A DNA stretch of 62,907 nt, counting the filler, from Polymyxa betae A26-41 (taxonomy: Eukaryota; Protista; Endomyxa: Phytomyxea): assembly GCA_003693705.1 (NCBI GenBank). It is 7 parts of 7 records of this genome, joined end to end, with 100 filler letters (N's around TTAATTAATTAA, not from the genome) between each part and the next. Parts side by side here need not be neighbours in the genome. Positions count along the whole stretch, not along the records: positions 7,123 to 25,050 come from RBZT01000517.1; positions 25,151 to 32,951 come from RBZT01000227.1; positions 33,052 to 38,192 come from RBZT01000086.1; 4 more parts are not named here. One strand, given 5' to 3'. A program made the position numbers and the translations under genes. The notes under the pieces are model-generated. The model was given only the letters and a program-made list of their open reading frames with translations. It had not been told where the DNA came from and did no database searches. Numbering within the stretch: position 1 is the first letter of the stretch; each line of letters begins with the position of its first letter. Positions 23,561-35,950 of the stretch are shown here, in pieces.

Positions 23561-25339
23561 GGTCGTCCGTGGGGTATGCCAACCCGACCAACGCTCCGCT
23601 ATCCCCACCGGCGGTGCGCAGCCCCCGGTAGTATTGGAGCGATACCCGGAGGCTCTCGCAGCCTGTTGTGAGCGCTTGGAAGGCGACTGGGTCTTCGAAA
23701 ATCTTGTCGGAAAAGGCCTCACCTGGTCTGAAACCCGGGAATCGTTCTTCAAGCATTTTGTTAGCGACGATATCCGCTTCTACTTCGAAAACGATCTAAT
23801 TCACTGCCAACGGTTTCAAGGAGAGTCCATAATGGCTTTCGCGGACCGGTATCTTGGACGGATGAAAAGGGCTAATAGGAGTCCGGATCAAGTTCATGAA
23901 TTCACCACCGAGTTCATCGGCCAGCTGCCTCGTTCAGCAGTTAACTGGCTATATGGAATCAAGGCCGCGAATCCCGAGAAGATCAACTCTGTTCGTCAAA
24001 TCGTCAATGCCTTGACTTTATTTTGTTCAGCGGATCGTTCCTCGGCAAAGAACGTTCATCAGGCTGCATCGCACAGCAATAACACGAGCGCAGCCCCATC
24101 CTCGTCGTCGTCATCTCAATCACGCAGCACTTCCCGGAACTCCTCTCGCCAGCAACTATACTGCTCCGCTCACGGCCACTGCGGTCACAAGTCCGAGGAC
24201 TGCAGAAAACTCCAATCGGAAAAGGCTACCAAAAACTCCGTCGCAGCCAGCAACAGTAACACATCTACTCAGTCTGGGGCCAGTACGTCCACCGGACCGA
24301 AATGTCATCGATGTCAGAAACATGGACATGTCGCTCGGACCTGTCGCGCACCTAATCCCGTTGATGATCCCGATTCCGGCAAAACGTCGTCTGCGTCCTC
24401 GAATGTTGCTGCTAATCACTGTATTCAGGGCGCCTATATTGAGGAGATTGACGAGTCCGACCCCGTGTTTACCAACGACTCCGTGGATGGTTTCCATAAA
24501 CTATTCGATAATGTGGAGTCAATTCACAGCTCCGAATCCGAGTCTCATCCAGCAGTCGCCAATCGTATCGACTATTCAACTGCCATTTTCACAACAATTT
24601 CCCTCGACGGCAAAGAGGTGCAGGCTTACGTCGATACCGGCGCTTCCAACTCTACCATTTCTAAAGATTTATTCGGCACTTTCTCTGAGCGGTCGCGCTC
24701 GTCTTATCAGAACCCTACGAAGGGTCAGCTTATCTCGCTCGGTGTGAAGGGCCAGTACGCCCCGCGACCGGGCTGGGCACAGGTTCCGGTTCGCTACGGC
24801 CACAGTGACTTTACGTTTCAGTTCGACATAGGTGAACCCCCGGAAGGTGTTGCCGTCATAATGGGGCGTGATCTGCAGCGTCGTCTCGGCATCGGTGTCT
24901 GCGGCCTCCAGCTGCCGCGCTCCGTGGCGTCTTCGGTGGAACCGGCTCCTGATGATGTGTCTCCGCCACTGACGGACAATTTCCGGGATGGTCCGCCTCA
25001 CCCCTTGGCAACTCATCCGAGGCTTCTGAGCGCTATTCAGCGTAATCAATNNNNNNNNNNNNNNNNNNNNNNNNNNNNNNNNNNNNNNNNNNNNTTAATT
25101 AATTAANNNNNNNNNNNNNNNNNNNNNNNNNNNNNNNNNNNNNNNNNNNNACAACCCAAGTCGCTCGAGAACCCCGACGCGCAGAATTACTATACTGTGA
25201 AACCAGTGGGTGATGGCCTACAGCCACGGTGGATGAAAACTCCGCCGCGGAGTTTACCAAGGTATGAGAGCGCCCTAATAGACTCGAGTATTTAAAGATC
25301 AATTTTCACTTCTAATACATCTCATTCTGTTATTGATTG

Positions 25340-28231
25340 TGTTCGGCTCACATCGTTCTGAATCGTAGCCGCTCACCGAGCGAGAAAACCAACAACATAT
25401 CTTCCAGTAGAAAAACTGCGTCAGTTTCTGCGTACTCGCTTGGTACCCAAGGTGTCCACAATTGCTTCCAGCATGCGAACGGAATTATGACTTTTTTCTT
25501 GTCCGTTATTAATAAACCATTTTCATTATAGTTTTGGCCGCTCTTAGCTGGCAGCCATCTCTTCTGTATTTTCTTTATTTCTTCTATAGTAGGCCATATG
25601 AACTCAGGGCTTTGTAATGGCCTTATCCTCTGTTCGTCTGGGATCGTTATCGCTGGCACTCTACGGACTATCATTTGCGTAGCGCTTGTTTTTCATCGTC
25701 GACTGGTTTCGCTCCCCATCTGGTCATCAAGTCGACCCATATGCTGTCTTCTCCTTTGATATGCTCGATTTGATAATGAAATCGCTGCATATAAATGGCC
25801 CATCTTTGTAACTTCTGTGCTGTTATCTTTGACACATTCGTAGGTGAAACAATCTGTATGAGATTTTTATGATCACAGAACAGCTTGAATGGTCGTTTCA
25901 TCTGTAATAAATAATCCAACTTCTCCATCGTATCTTTAATGGCGAATCCTTCTTTCTCGGCAACGCTTCAGTTCATTTCGCATTTATTGAACCGGTGACC
26001 TACGAAACCTATTGGTTCGTGCCTCTGTAATGATACAGGTTTATTTATATCATCTCTTGAATCTGAGTTACCATTCCGGATGTACTTTACACGTTGGCAT
26101 CAGTGAACATGCACTGCAGCATCTCTTCTCTTGGATACGCTAATTTCACGTTGTTAGCTTTAGCCGTCTTCAGTTGCTCGAAAGCGAGAGCATGTTGCGG
26201 GCTCCATCCATATTTAGAAAGTTTAACTTGCCTCGCAACGCTTTTGTTCCTCGATGGTTGATCCTTCATAGTACTAAGTTCAAAGATATCCTGTAAACTA
26301 TGTACTTTCTTATTGTATTCAGGGATCGACCTGCTCATCCATTGTGTAGCCATCAGAAACTGCTGTAGGTCTCTTGCCGTTTTCAATAGTGTCTTAGAAA
26401 TTTACTGTCCTCTGTGTTGTACCTCCGATTTGGATATCTACACGGTCTTGCGTTTGGTACCAGGCGGGTGACAAATGGTGTAACCTTTGCTGGGGCATCG
26501 GGACCTAGTGTTATGCGCCATTCATCTCGATACTTTTGAACAAACCGGTTTAACTTTCCCGTCCATTCTTCTGGTAAGCCGTTTCGTCTAGCGGCTTCTA
26601 TCAAATTATTCAAGCCGTCTTCGATTTCTTCTACGTCTGATGGAGCTTTAATCACCATTTCTTCCAAGCCGTCGAAATCATGGCGTTCTTTTTCTTCTTT
26701 ATTATCTACTTCTTCTGTGACGTTATTATCATATATCTTGGCCCGTTTCTCGCGTCGAGCGCAGTTTTTGGCTCGATTCCGATTTCCTCTAGTAGGCCAC
26801 CCCCGAGTATAATTTCTTCACTGGGAACGTCCCATATCAGGCATTTTCGCTGTCTCGTGATAATTTCACCGCCCTTTGTGCGCAGCCCGATATCGAGTGT
26901 TACGCACTCCGTGGAGTCAACCTCTGTTCTAGTATCACCTAGTCGAAGGCGAATCTGCTCTCTCAGCCGCTCCTTCTTGATTGACACGCCGTTCCGCATC
27001 GCAATCTGTGCTATCCTTAACGGGATCAACGACATGTCCGTGGCTCCACTATCATGTATACCAGGGACGTACATGCCCTCACTAACCTTCACATCTATTT
27101 GCCGGGTTGCGTCTGGGTTTCTACCAATTCTACAGATCATCAAGTAGTTGAAATTCTTCTTAAATGTATTATCGTGCTTCTTCAACAACGTCTGCACCTC
27201 CTCCTTGGAGAGACCTTCTGGGCACTTGAACGCTGCATGGCCGTATTTACCACAGTTAAAATTCTTCAATTGTGACCGGTCTGATTTGTCGCCTTTCGCC
27301 TTCTTCATGTCTCCGGGCTTCTTGTCATCATTTCGCCCGCGCTTACGCATACTTTTCTTCTTGTCATCTTCTTCATCGTTTTTCAGGGTGTGCGTCTCTT
27401 CATGATTTATAGCCTTTTCACGCAATAATGCCATAGAGGCGACAGGCTTTTTTGCAAACTTCGGCTCCAATCTCATCTTATTTTTTATAATTGTCTTCAA
27501 TTCTTTGGCTCGATTCCGTTGGTTAAGAACCGAACTTTCATCTTTTTTCCATCTTCATCCTCAAACAGATGATTCCATCCATTTTGCTTGAGAATTTTAT
27601 TACATTGTACATAGAGATCCGTGACCCACAGGCCTGGAGAATCGATCTTCAAATCCATCTTCAACTTCTTCATCTTTTTCTCAATTTGAGAATCCTGCGA
27701 GCGGTCATCCCTCAAAGCTTGGTTAATCCAAGCTTCGATATCGTCTTCTGTGACATTCTCGACTTCGACGAATATGTCACACTCGCAAATGGTTTCAAAA
27801 ACCGTCGTCTCGATCATCGAGACCAAAGATCGTGAATTACCTGCGGTATTAACATCCCGAAAGTTGCGGATGTACAGATCCTTACTCTCAACGAATCTTA
27901 GGATCGCCTTGAGATCCAGCTTCAGTAGTAAGGGGGCCCGATTAGTCTCAACCACGGCAAGATTGCCGGAGGTTTCGTTTCGGTGACGGTCATCTGTCAT
28001 CTGGCGGCCATGATTAGCCACAATTTCTTCATTGTTGGGCAGACTGCCGTCATTGCCAACATCATCATCATCATCAGTAGTAACCGGCGAAGGGGGACAG
28101 AGTTCATCTTCTTCGACTTCGACAGAGCCTCGTCTTGTCACTCCGTCTTCTACTGTCGGAGATTCGCAATCGTAAACGATTTCGTCGTCATAAAGAGGCT
28201 CATCTTCAGATGTCGTCATCAGAGTAGCCAT
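25340..28231 (-). mobile_element. Degenerate Ty3/Gypsy retrotransposon (gag, knuckle, protease, deleted RT core, RNase H)
   Basis: CGKYGHAAFKC knuckle, HDSGA protease, LQQFL..W.S.SIPEY, FTDA, LFCDHKNL, KLQRWA, IEHIKGE; several frameshifts. Confidence 0.85.
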
Positions 28232-28629
28232 CTAACAAAAAGAATTCTTTGTAGCAATCCTCTCGATTCTACGATCAGATCCACAAGAATGAAGGTAAAA
28301 TCAACAAAATGATCTGTATTCAATTGCCAAAAAGCTCCAGGACCCAAATGCCGTCGCGGAGTCCGTACGGAGTCTGGGACGAAGTTCTTAGCGCAGCCTG
28401 ATCATAGCTTGAAAATCTTGTTGTTTTCTTGATATCTTTTGATAAACTATACCAACTTGCTACACTGCGAGATCCGCTTCCTGGCATAAGTCCTGGTTTA
28501 AGAAAATGTGGCGCCGAGGATAGGAGGGAACCGGACCAATGCAAGATTTATTTTATCATCGTAAGGGTACGGTAATTGATATTAAGATCATCATAAAGAA
28601 AATGAATAAGAATGAAAATAACAAATCTA

Positions 28630-29219
28630 CCGTTTTCCCCCGCACATAAGGCATATGCCTTATTCAAGGGTGGATTTTTTTTGCCATTCTCGCTTACGGT
28701 AGTCTATCCCTCGAAGATAAGGCAAATGCCCTGTATTCAAGGTAAGGTAAAGTATGCCTTCTATTCAAGGGTTCTAAATTCCATTGTTTGCGAGAGTCCG
28801 TGTGCTTAATATTCAAGGTTTTTGACATTTGTTAACACTTTGCAGCGCAACGCAAGCTCTTTATTCAGATGTATCTGGAAGACGCGCCGTCTAAATTTTT
28901 TATGGCCCACTTACCTCATTAATATACGACATCCATGTCAGACACTGCCGGACGTCCAATCACGCCGTCTCCTTCAACAGGATCCGCATTATACTTCTAT
29001 TTCAATTTTTGCTCGGTGTTCTGAACCTCAATATCAATAAAAATGAGCGGTACTAACGTTGAAAACTCGATTCATCTTATTCAGTTTCCTAAACCTCGAA
29101 TAATGGGACGAGAATCCAATCCCTTGAATAGTGCGCACACCACGCAGCTTTCGAATAGAAGGCCCATGTGCCTTCTACTCAAATACAAGGCACTGTGCAT
29201 TATGTGCGGGGGAAAACGG
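28630..29219. mobile_element. MITE copy 2, inverted relative to 11836-12427
   Basis: Same TIRs and reverse-complement internal sequence. Confidence 0.85.
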
Positions 29220-29779
29220 GAGGGTTTGACCCTAGTTAAAATATCAGCGCATGACAGGCCTCTCCCGTTTTTCTGCCGGCTTTGTTTATTATGGTTTGGT
29301 TGTCAACGGGGAATTTCGATTTTCGGCGCCCGACTCTTGGGCACAGCCAGAGCTCGAGCTCATTGTTGAGTAACAAGAGCTCTCCTGACCACCTCGGATT
29401 CCGTCAGGTAGCCTGATTCAGCGAGATGAGCACTTGGGATGAGTAATGTCATCGCTTTCTTAGCGGCCTGTTCATGTAAGATTTCAGTAAAATTGTGCAT
29501 TTTTTTATTTTCTCAGAATCTGGCAGTAACTGCGCACTGGCAGTTCCTGCGCAGTTAGCTAAAATTCCTTGGTTTTGCCTAGCTCCCTTGGCCGTCAACG
29601 GCAGCTCTCTGCTTCGTCACTACGCTCCTGGCCAAGTGCGCTAATTGATGTACTGCAGTCCGCTTGGCCAGAATAGCCGAGGAAGGGTAAAAAGCGCAAC
29701 CCGTTGTGCTGGGCCTCTCCCATTTTTCCGTAAACTATTATCGGTTATTCTGACCGCATTTGCTGTACGCGCTGGTTCT

Positions 29780-31200
29780 AAGATGGTTTATTGTTGTGGA
29801 TCGCGCGATCGCTCATACATCATTATGCAAGCCGCGAGCTTCTCATAGTTGTTCGTGCGATTGTAAATTTGGTAACAGGACGATCGCCAGCGTCCAAGCG
29901 CTTGGATCAGATGGACCTCCACGCCCATCTCAGCCAATTCCGTGGCGCCGTCAATGCGCAAGCTATGGCCTGCATAGCGCGAATCATCGATTTCCACTGC
30001 CTTCACGTTTTTGGTTAACCATTCGGTGAACTTCCGTATGATTGGCTTCCCATTCATATCCTGAAATAATGGCTGTGTAGCGTCCGATTGGTCCTCGCAT
30101 CAACAATTTGCTGAAGATAGCGGGACGCACATGCATCATTACTCGATATGGGGTGTAAAACCTTTTCGTGACGGAACTTGTTTGTCTTACTGCTATCTCG
30201 ATTAGTTCGGGGCGATTTTGAAGCATGATTGGGTCTTCGAGAACACACCGGTCGCGGATCATATCGAGGAATTCGTTCGCTCGAGCTGTCATCTCATCTG
30301 AGCCGGCGGTCCATGACCTGATTTGCCAACGCGGCTGAGCACATCCGCCGTTGATTACGTTTGCTGAGACAATGTCTCTGGAATGGTCTAATATTTCTGA
30401 AGCTGCTGTATTGCTGCTAGTTGTGGGCGCTGATAGGGCCCTGATTGCCCGCCTTTGATGATTCGTTGATGGGCTCAGTGGAATCGAGCGTCTCTTTGTC
30501 AAGATTCTTCTTCTGCAGAATTGTTCAAGCCCGCCGCTGGTTTGTCGCACGCCCACCGCGTGCCTATAAAAGTAAACCTACGTAATGCTAGGTTTTGAAG
30601 GTCGCTGATAACTAAACCGACTGCCGAATAAAGATTTTTAGTGGAAATATTTCGCTAAGTCTCATGATGTGGACGGCCAACCATCACTAATGCTCACCAT
30701 GAGACCTGGACATCGGGCCATAAGCTGTGAAACATCTTCATTTCGTTACGGGATAACGCGTCCGCAATGTCATTCTCAACACCGGGAATGTGCTGGCGTA
30801 TTATTCGACATCGGAATTCCAGTTCAAGGAAGATTTCGCGCAGGATTTTAGCCACACCTGCGTCAGTCCTACTACGTCTAGCAACCATGGCATCTACGTT
30901 TGAGAGGTTGTCAGTGCGTATAATAATGGTTTCCCAATCCAGGCCTCGCCCCATAACTCGAGGGCACGCTTTGTAGCCCAAAGTTCCTTAACGCAGTTAT
31001 GGTGTTGCTGCTTTTGGAGGGTCCAGCTGGCCGCTATTAAATAGTCTACGATTGACCAACGCACAGCAAACTGATCAACTCCGTGCGCAGCTTTTTTTGA
31101 CCTACAAATTGACCTACTTTCTTGAAAATGACCTAATGTTGAGGCCTCCCTCAACATAAGCTTTCAATACATTCGCGAGTCAAACATCCGCTGTCTTTCA
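29780..31200 (-). mobile_element. Degenerate DIRS/Ngaro-type tyrosine recombinase retrotransposon (RNase H + YR)
   Basis: YAGHSLRIDGATEL...LGRWRSSCYQIY and SKTNK (YR); KELWA, IRTDN, HIPGVENDIADALSR (RNase H). Confidence 0.85.
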
Positions 31201-32726
31201 AACAAATCCTATGTTCGGTTTCTGTCGAGATCAGGTAAGTCAATTGGAAATGTTGTTCCTTGTACATACCGCAGAGCCCGGGTAGACGCCAAGCACTGTT
31301 TTTTGGCTGACGCAGTGTTCGTGTTCCCTTGAGCGGTCATTCTACGACTGCGTCTTTGACCAACGGAGGCCGGCCTTGTTCGAGCTCTTGTCTGACGGCG
31401 CTAACACGGAAATTCAAAAGTCAGTCAAAGAGATGTCATATGCTCAAACGATTAGATACTCGATCTTCGAAAAGCTCGTGATTCACAAAGTGTGCGGTCA
31501 TAGGGTCCTGCCCTAACATTGTTTGATACTCAACAACAGATTCACGAATTTTATCAGATAGACGCAATCCAGAGTCATCAATTCGAGATTCAATAAGCTT
31601 GAATGAAGGAATTGGCCTCATTAATAGATTAGTAGGATGATGAAGTACAATCTAAAATGCTGTTATATGGTCAGAGGACGGTCGTGCCTTTGCAAAATAT
31701 AAAATACAGAGAGATCAGCGGTTAGAAGGTCGCCTGAACTCAACTCGAATCAAACACCTGCTCCGATATCTTCTTTGCTATAAACCTCAGGCAGCAAACA
31801 TTGTGATCGACATTTCGCGACATATCCATCTAAATTAAATTTACAATACCTCCAAAAATAATAGCATTTCTATAGTTTTTGGGTTGTCCAACAACGAAAC
31901 CGGGTCTCCAATAAGAAATGTAATCTCCTGCCCGGATTTCTAAACTGCTAAAATGTTACAATCAACTTTATTGTAGGCTGCTCTCATCAACTTTTTTGGG
32001 GCAGTATCAACTCTGGAACGCTTCATCTGATAGCGATCTTGACATTCTCACAGCATGACTCGGTAACGCTCTGACAAATTTGGCACAATTTCTAACTACA
32101 TTATCGCACACATTACCTGATCGACCGGTTTGATATCCTGACGACTGTACATCATTTTGTTGAGTGCTGGTGCCTTGCACCACATCTGCATTAGGGCTCA
32201 TCAACATCGCATTCGGTAAGCTATATAATGTGAAATTCCTTCCGGTACAAAAAATGACCGTTGATTTCAGTTTCTTCCGGGGTTGACCTAGCTGTGGACC
32301 ACGGCCAACGTTAGATCCTGCTTCAAGTAGAAAATGTTGGGGTAAGACTGGTTTCGGGTGAATAACCGACAATTTGGTGTAGTCGGGTGAACGAAGAAGG
32401 GCTAAGGTAGCGGAATCTCTCGTGTACAATACACGGCCTTTTGTTGAACTTCGATTAATAATTATTAATGTTTTAATGGTCTGAAGAGCACTCCTATTCA
32501 TGAACAGAGATTATGGGACCTAATTCCGGAGCGCAGTTTAAACTGCGCAGTGATTTAGAGAGCCAGTGAAATTCTCAACAGAAAATGCGTGAGCCGCAAT
32601 TCTTTTTCCAGACAATCAGATTTCGTTTCCCGGAGACTGCAGCAATTCTGATGCGCAATTCCGGAATCCACCCTCAGAGGGTGCATTCCGAGGCGCTACA
32701 GCTATTCTTTGCACATACTGGCCTCA

Positions 32727-32924
32727 TCATGCGTCTATCTGAACAGCAGCTGTAAGCACTTCTGTCTCATTATTTTTCTCCACAAATTTCGCCTTCAATA
32801 AAGCCTTTACTATTTCGTTGCTCCAGCGAAAATCGCCTCTAGGTTTCCTGCCACTTTTGGCGTCTGTTTTACGACCGACGAAGTAGCAGCAGCCAGCAGC
32901 TGTAGTCAGGTCTAGAGCTGCCAT
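32727..32924 (-). pseudogene. Myb/SANT-like fragment, possibly from a Harbinger element
   Basis: FRWSNEIVKALLKAK only; at a contig end. Confidence 0.3.
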
Positions 32925-33173
32925 TAATCAAGCTGGTAAAGATTCATTCGTNNNNNNNNNNNNNNNNNNNNNNNNNNNNNNNNNNNNNNNNNNNNTTAAT
33001 TAATTAANNNNNNNNNNNNNNNNNNNNNNNNNNNNNNNNNNNNNNNNNNNNTCAGCCACATTGCTGTCATTGGAGTCAACCATCTTCGAGTTCTTAGAGA
33101 GCTGGGACTCTTAATCTAATTGTGTCAGTCGATTGAGAGTGTTTTAAGGAGTGTCGTTTATTCGATCGACAGC

Positions 33174-34273
33174 AATGATGGCATCGACGACGAGCCCTCA
33201 GTCACGTGCCCAATCAGTGTGACTCAATCAGAGCCAGCCTCAACGACGCCAGAGTCAGTCTTGGCGACGTCAGTGTCGATCCTCGAACAACAATCAGCTC
33301 ACACAATACAGCCGGGACACAGCCACCTACACAAGATGCTACCCCAGGTCAATTCGCCGAATCATCTGAATTCCCCTGGGAGCAAATCCGGCTATCCAGC
33401 TTTCTCCCCGAACGCGAGCGTCTTCAAGGCGTCCAGAACTATAGTTCATGGTACGCCCGGGTACTCAACCGTCTACGGCTAATGTCCTTGGCACACGTGG
33501 CCCTAGGACAAGCCCGATGCCCATATAGCATCAATATCAACGGCGACTGCAACTGTGGTGGTCACGTTACCAACCGGTTTCATCTCGTGGACCAAGCCAC
33601 TCCTGGCTACATCAACGATCAGCTCAGTAACGAGATCATGTCCGCAGTGCGCACCTGCACGTCCTTGCGCGACCTCATGCGACACCTCGAGCAAGAATAC
33701 GGGTCCAGAAACCCATCTTTGCGCGAGGCCATCGCTGGTCAACTTACTGCACAGCTATCGACCCTCTCTTTCCCTACGGACTTATCGCGGATCGACTCCG
33801 AATTCATCACCCATGTGGACGCGATCCAAGCGGACATACTCGCCCTCGGTAAAACCTCTTTCCGATACCGACCTCGGAATGAAGGTCATTGAGAAACTCC
33901 CTACCGACCGTTTCTCCAAGTCCGATGCTATCATGAACAACCCAACATGGACAATCATACGACAACGACTGCGACTAGTCTCCCTTTCGGAACGCAAAAC
34001 TGTGCAGCCCGGGAATACCCGTCCCGACCGTTCGAAGCAGCCTCGCACCGACAATCACTCTGGAACTTCACAGCAAGCCCAGCAGTGCTCCTTTTGTCAC
34101 CGCAACAATCACAGCATTTCCGAATGCCGTGACAAATCTAAGGCACTCGAACTGCTGTCCGCACACCGGTCTACGCGACCCGCAACTCATAAACCTTCCA
34201 ATAACTCAAAACCTTCACAGACGATGATCAAGTCTATTACAAACAATAAACCCGAAATAATTGAGATCTACTC
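33174..34273 (+). mobile_element. Copia-like gag, frameshifted, interrupted by the hAT element
   Basis: NYSSWYARVLNRL, LMRHLEQEYG, knuckle CSFCHRNNHSISEC. Confidence 0.7.
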
Positions 34274-35950
34274 TAGAGCAGGCCTCCTTAATTTCGGCAT
34301 TCGGAGTTTTTTATGCGGAATATGCCGAAAATATTTCTAGAAAAGTGCCGAAATTAAGCCAAAAATTGAAATAAAATTAATAAATTGTTGTACACGACCA
34401 ACTGCGTGCGCGGACTTTGGGATTGTCGAGCACTGGCAATTACAGCTCTCTATCACTCGTTTGATCTCAATTCTCGTCTGCAAAATGCCACCGAAAATCA
34501 ACTGTCCGCGCAACACAGGATTCCAGGTGAAACATGTTCTTGAATATGGACTCCAAGTCCTGGAGCAACAGGGATCCATCGTGAACTCGGTTCAATGCCG
34601 TTTTTGCATAGTTTTTGGGAAGGAGGAATTGCCAGGGCAGAAACGTCAGCGCAAGCCGACCGAAAGAGTCAAGGTTTGGACAAAACCATTTCGTGCAGAA
34701 AATTATCGCAGCCACCATAAGGGGCAGCACTGCTCAAAGTGGATGGAATATCAGGCATTGAAAGCTCCAGAAAAAGACTCATTTTTCAATATTAGCGGAG
34801 TTCCCTTCGCCAATACTATATTTTCTCATTTCGGAAAGTCCGAGTCAATGAAATTTACCATCCGTATGGAAATTGTTGAAGTGGTAATCGGTGATATGTA
34901 TTTCCATCCGGATGATCACGGCGGAGTTTCGCATTCTCGGGCATTGTCGCTGTTCACTCCTGCTGAGGATGAGTCCTTGGAAACTTCAGATTATCAAGTT
35001 CTGATTAAGAATCCTTTACAATTTCGCCTGGCTGTTGAATAGTTATCTCACGGATTATCTTTTCGTCAAATTGAATCTGTCCTCGAGACTACAAAGCGTG
35101 TCGCATCGATTGGTGCCATCGGATCCGTGTCTGTTACGAAAGTATCAAATTTCGCCCGGATTATCGTTGCTGTGAATTTGAATATTATCCGTTCGATTCT
35201 CGAGTCTTCTCAAGTTTGGGCTTTTTCAATTGCTGTAGATTCTTCAAGTCATCGTGGTGGTTCCTATTTTGCTTTCAGAATTCGGTTTCATCATTGTGGA
35301 CAAATTATGAATCTTCATTTGTTATCTGTACCAATTTTTGAGCGTCACACAGCTTCAAATATGTTTTCTTTGAGCATTAAGGCGCTGGATTCAGTTTGTC
35401 CGCCTTGGCGTAAAAAGCTGATTGGTATCGGGTCTGACGGAGCCAACGTCATGACCGGACGTATTGGCGGAATGGTAACTTTGCTTGAAAAAGAGACGAA
35501 TCATCCAATTCATCGAACATGGTGTCTGCTTCACCAAATCGATCTGATTGCAAAGTACGGTCTCTCGTCTCTTTATGACGGCGACTTTCTCTCCCTTGTT
35601 AACATGATGGCCTCGAGTCTCCGTAAACAAGAGAAGTTGATAACAGAAATGAGGGCAACATGTCCGAAGATGACAACTCGTTGGCTCGCAATGGGAAGTT
35701 GGGCTCGATGGCAAATTGAGAAGCGCTCTAGGCTGATGGAATACTTTGCAGATCCTCGCACCAAGCTCAAACCGAAGGAATGGTATTGGCCTGTTATTTC
35801 CGCCATCTCATCTCTATTCTATCTGATCGACATTTCTATCAAAAAGATGCAATCTCAAATGCTGGTACTCTCACGGCAATTCGACGACGTACGACGTCTT
35901 ACAGCCAATTTGATTGAAAAAACCGGTGTGCACACTGAAGATGATGAGAT
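34274..35950 (+). mobile_element. hAT-like DNA transposon (transposase from ATG 34485, internal stop 35040), cut by a Copia insertion
   Basis: TAGAGCAGGCC terminus; zinc finger CRFC...HHKGQH; SIAVDSS, SDGANVM, WCLLHQIDL, TTRW motifs. Confidence 0.8.

Larger units (their letters stand above)
21377..23635 (+). mobile_element. Endogenous CRESS-DNA-virus-like Rep element with no recognisable capsid
   Basis: Carries Rep; right end is CCCCCGG-TAGTATT (nonanucleotide up to the nick); GGAGC at 21372-21376 and 23636-23640. Confidence 0.88.
20687..25050 (+). mobile_element. Ty3/Gypsy LTR retrotransposon 5' part (putative LTR about 20687-20881; gag-protease 20917-21376 + 23641-25050), interrupted by the Rep element and cut by the contig end
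   Basis: Zinc knuckles CSAHGHCGHKSEDC and CHRCQKHGHVARTC, aspartic protease VDTGA; the two gag halves join in frame when the insert is removed. LTR limits are tentative (TG...CA followed by a T run). Confidence 0.85.
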
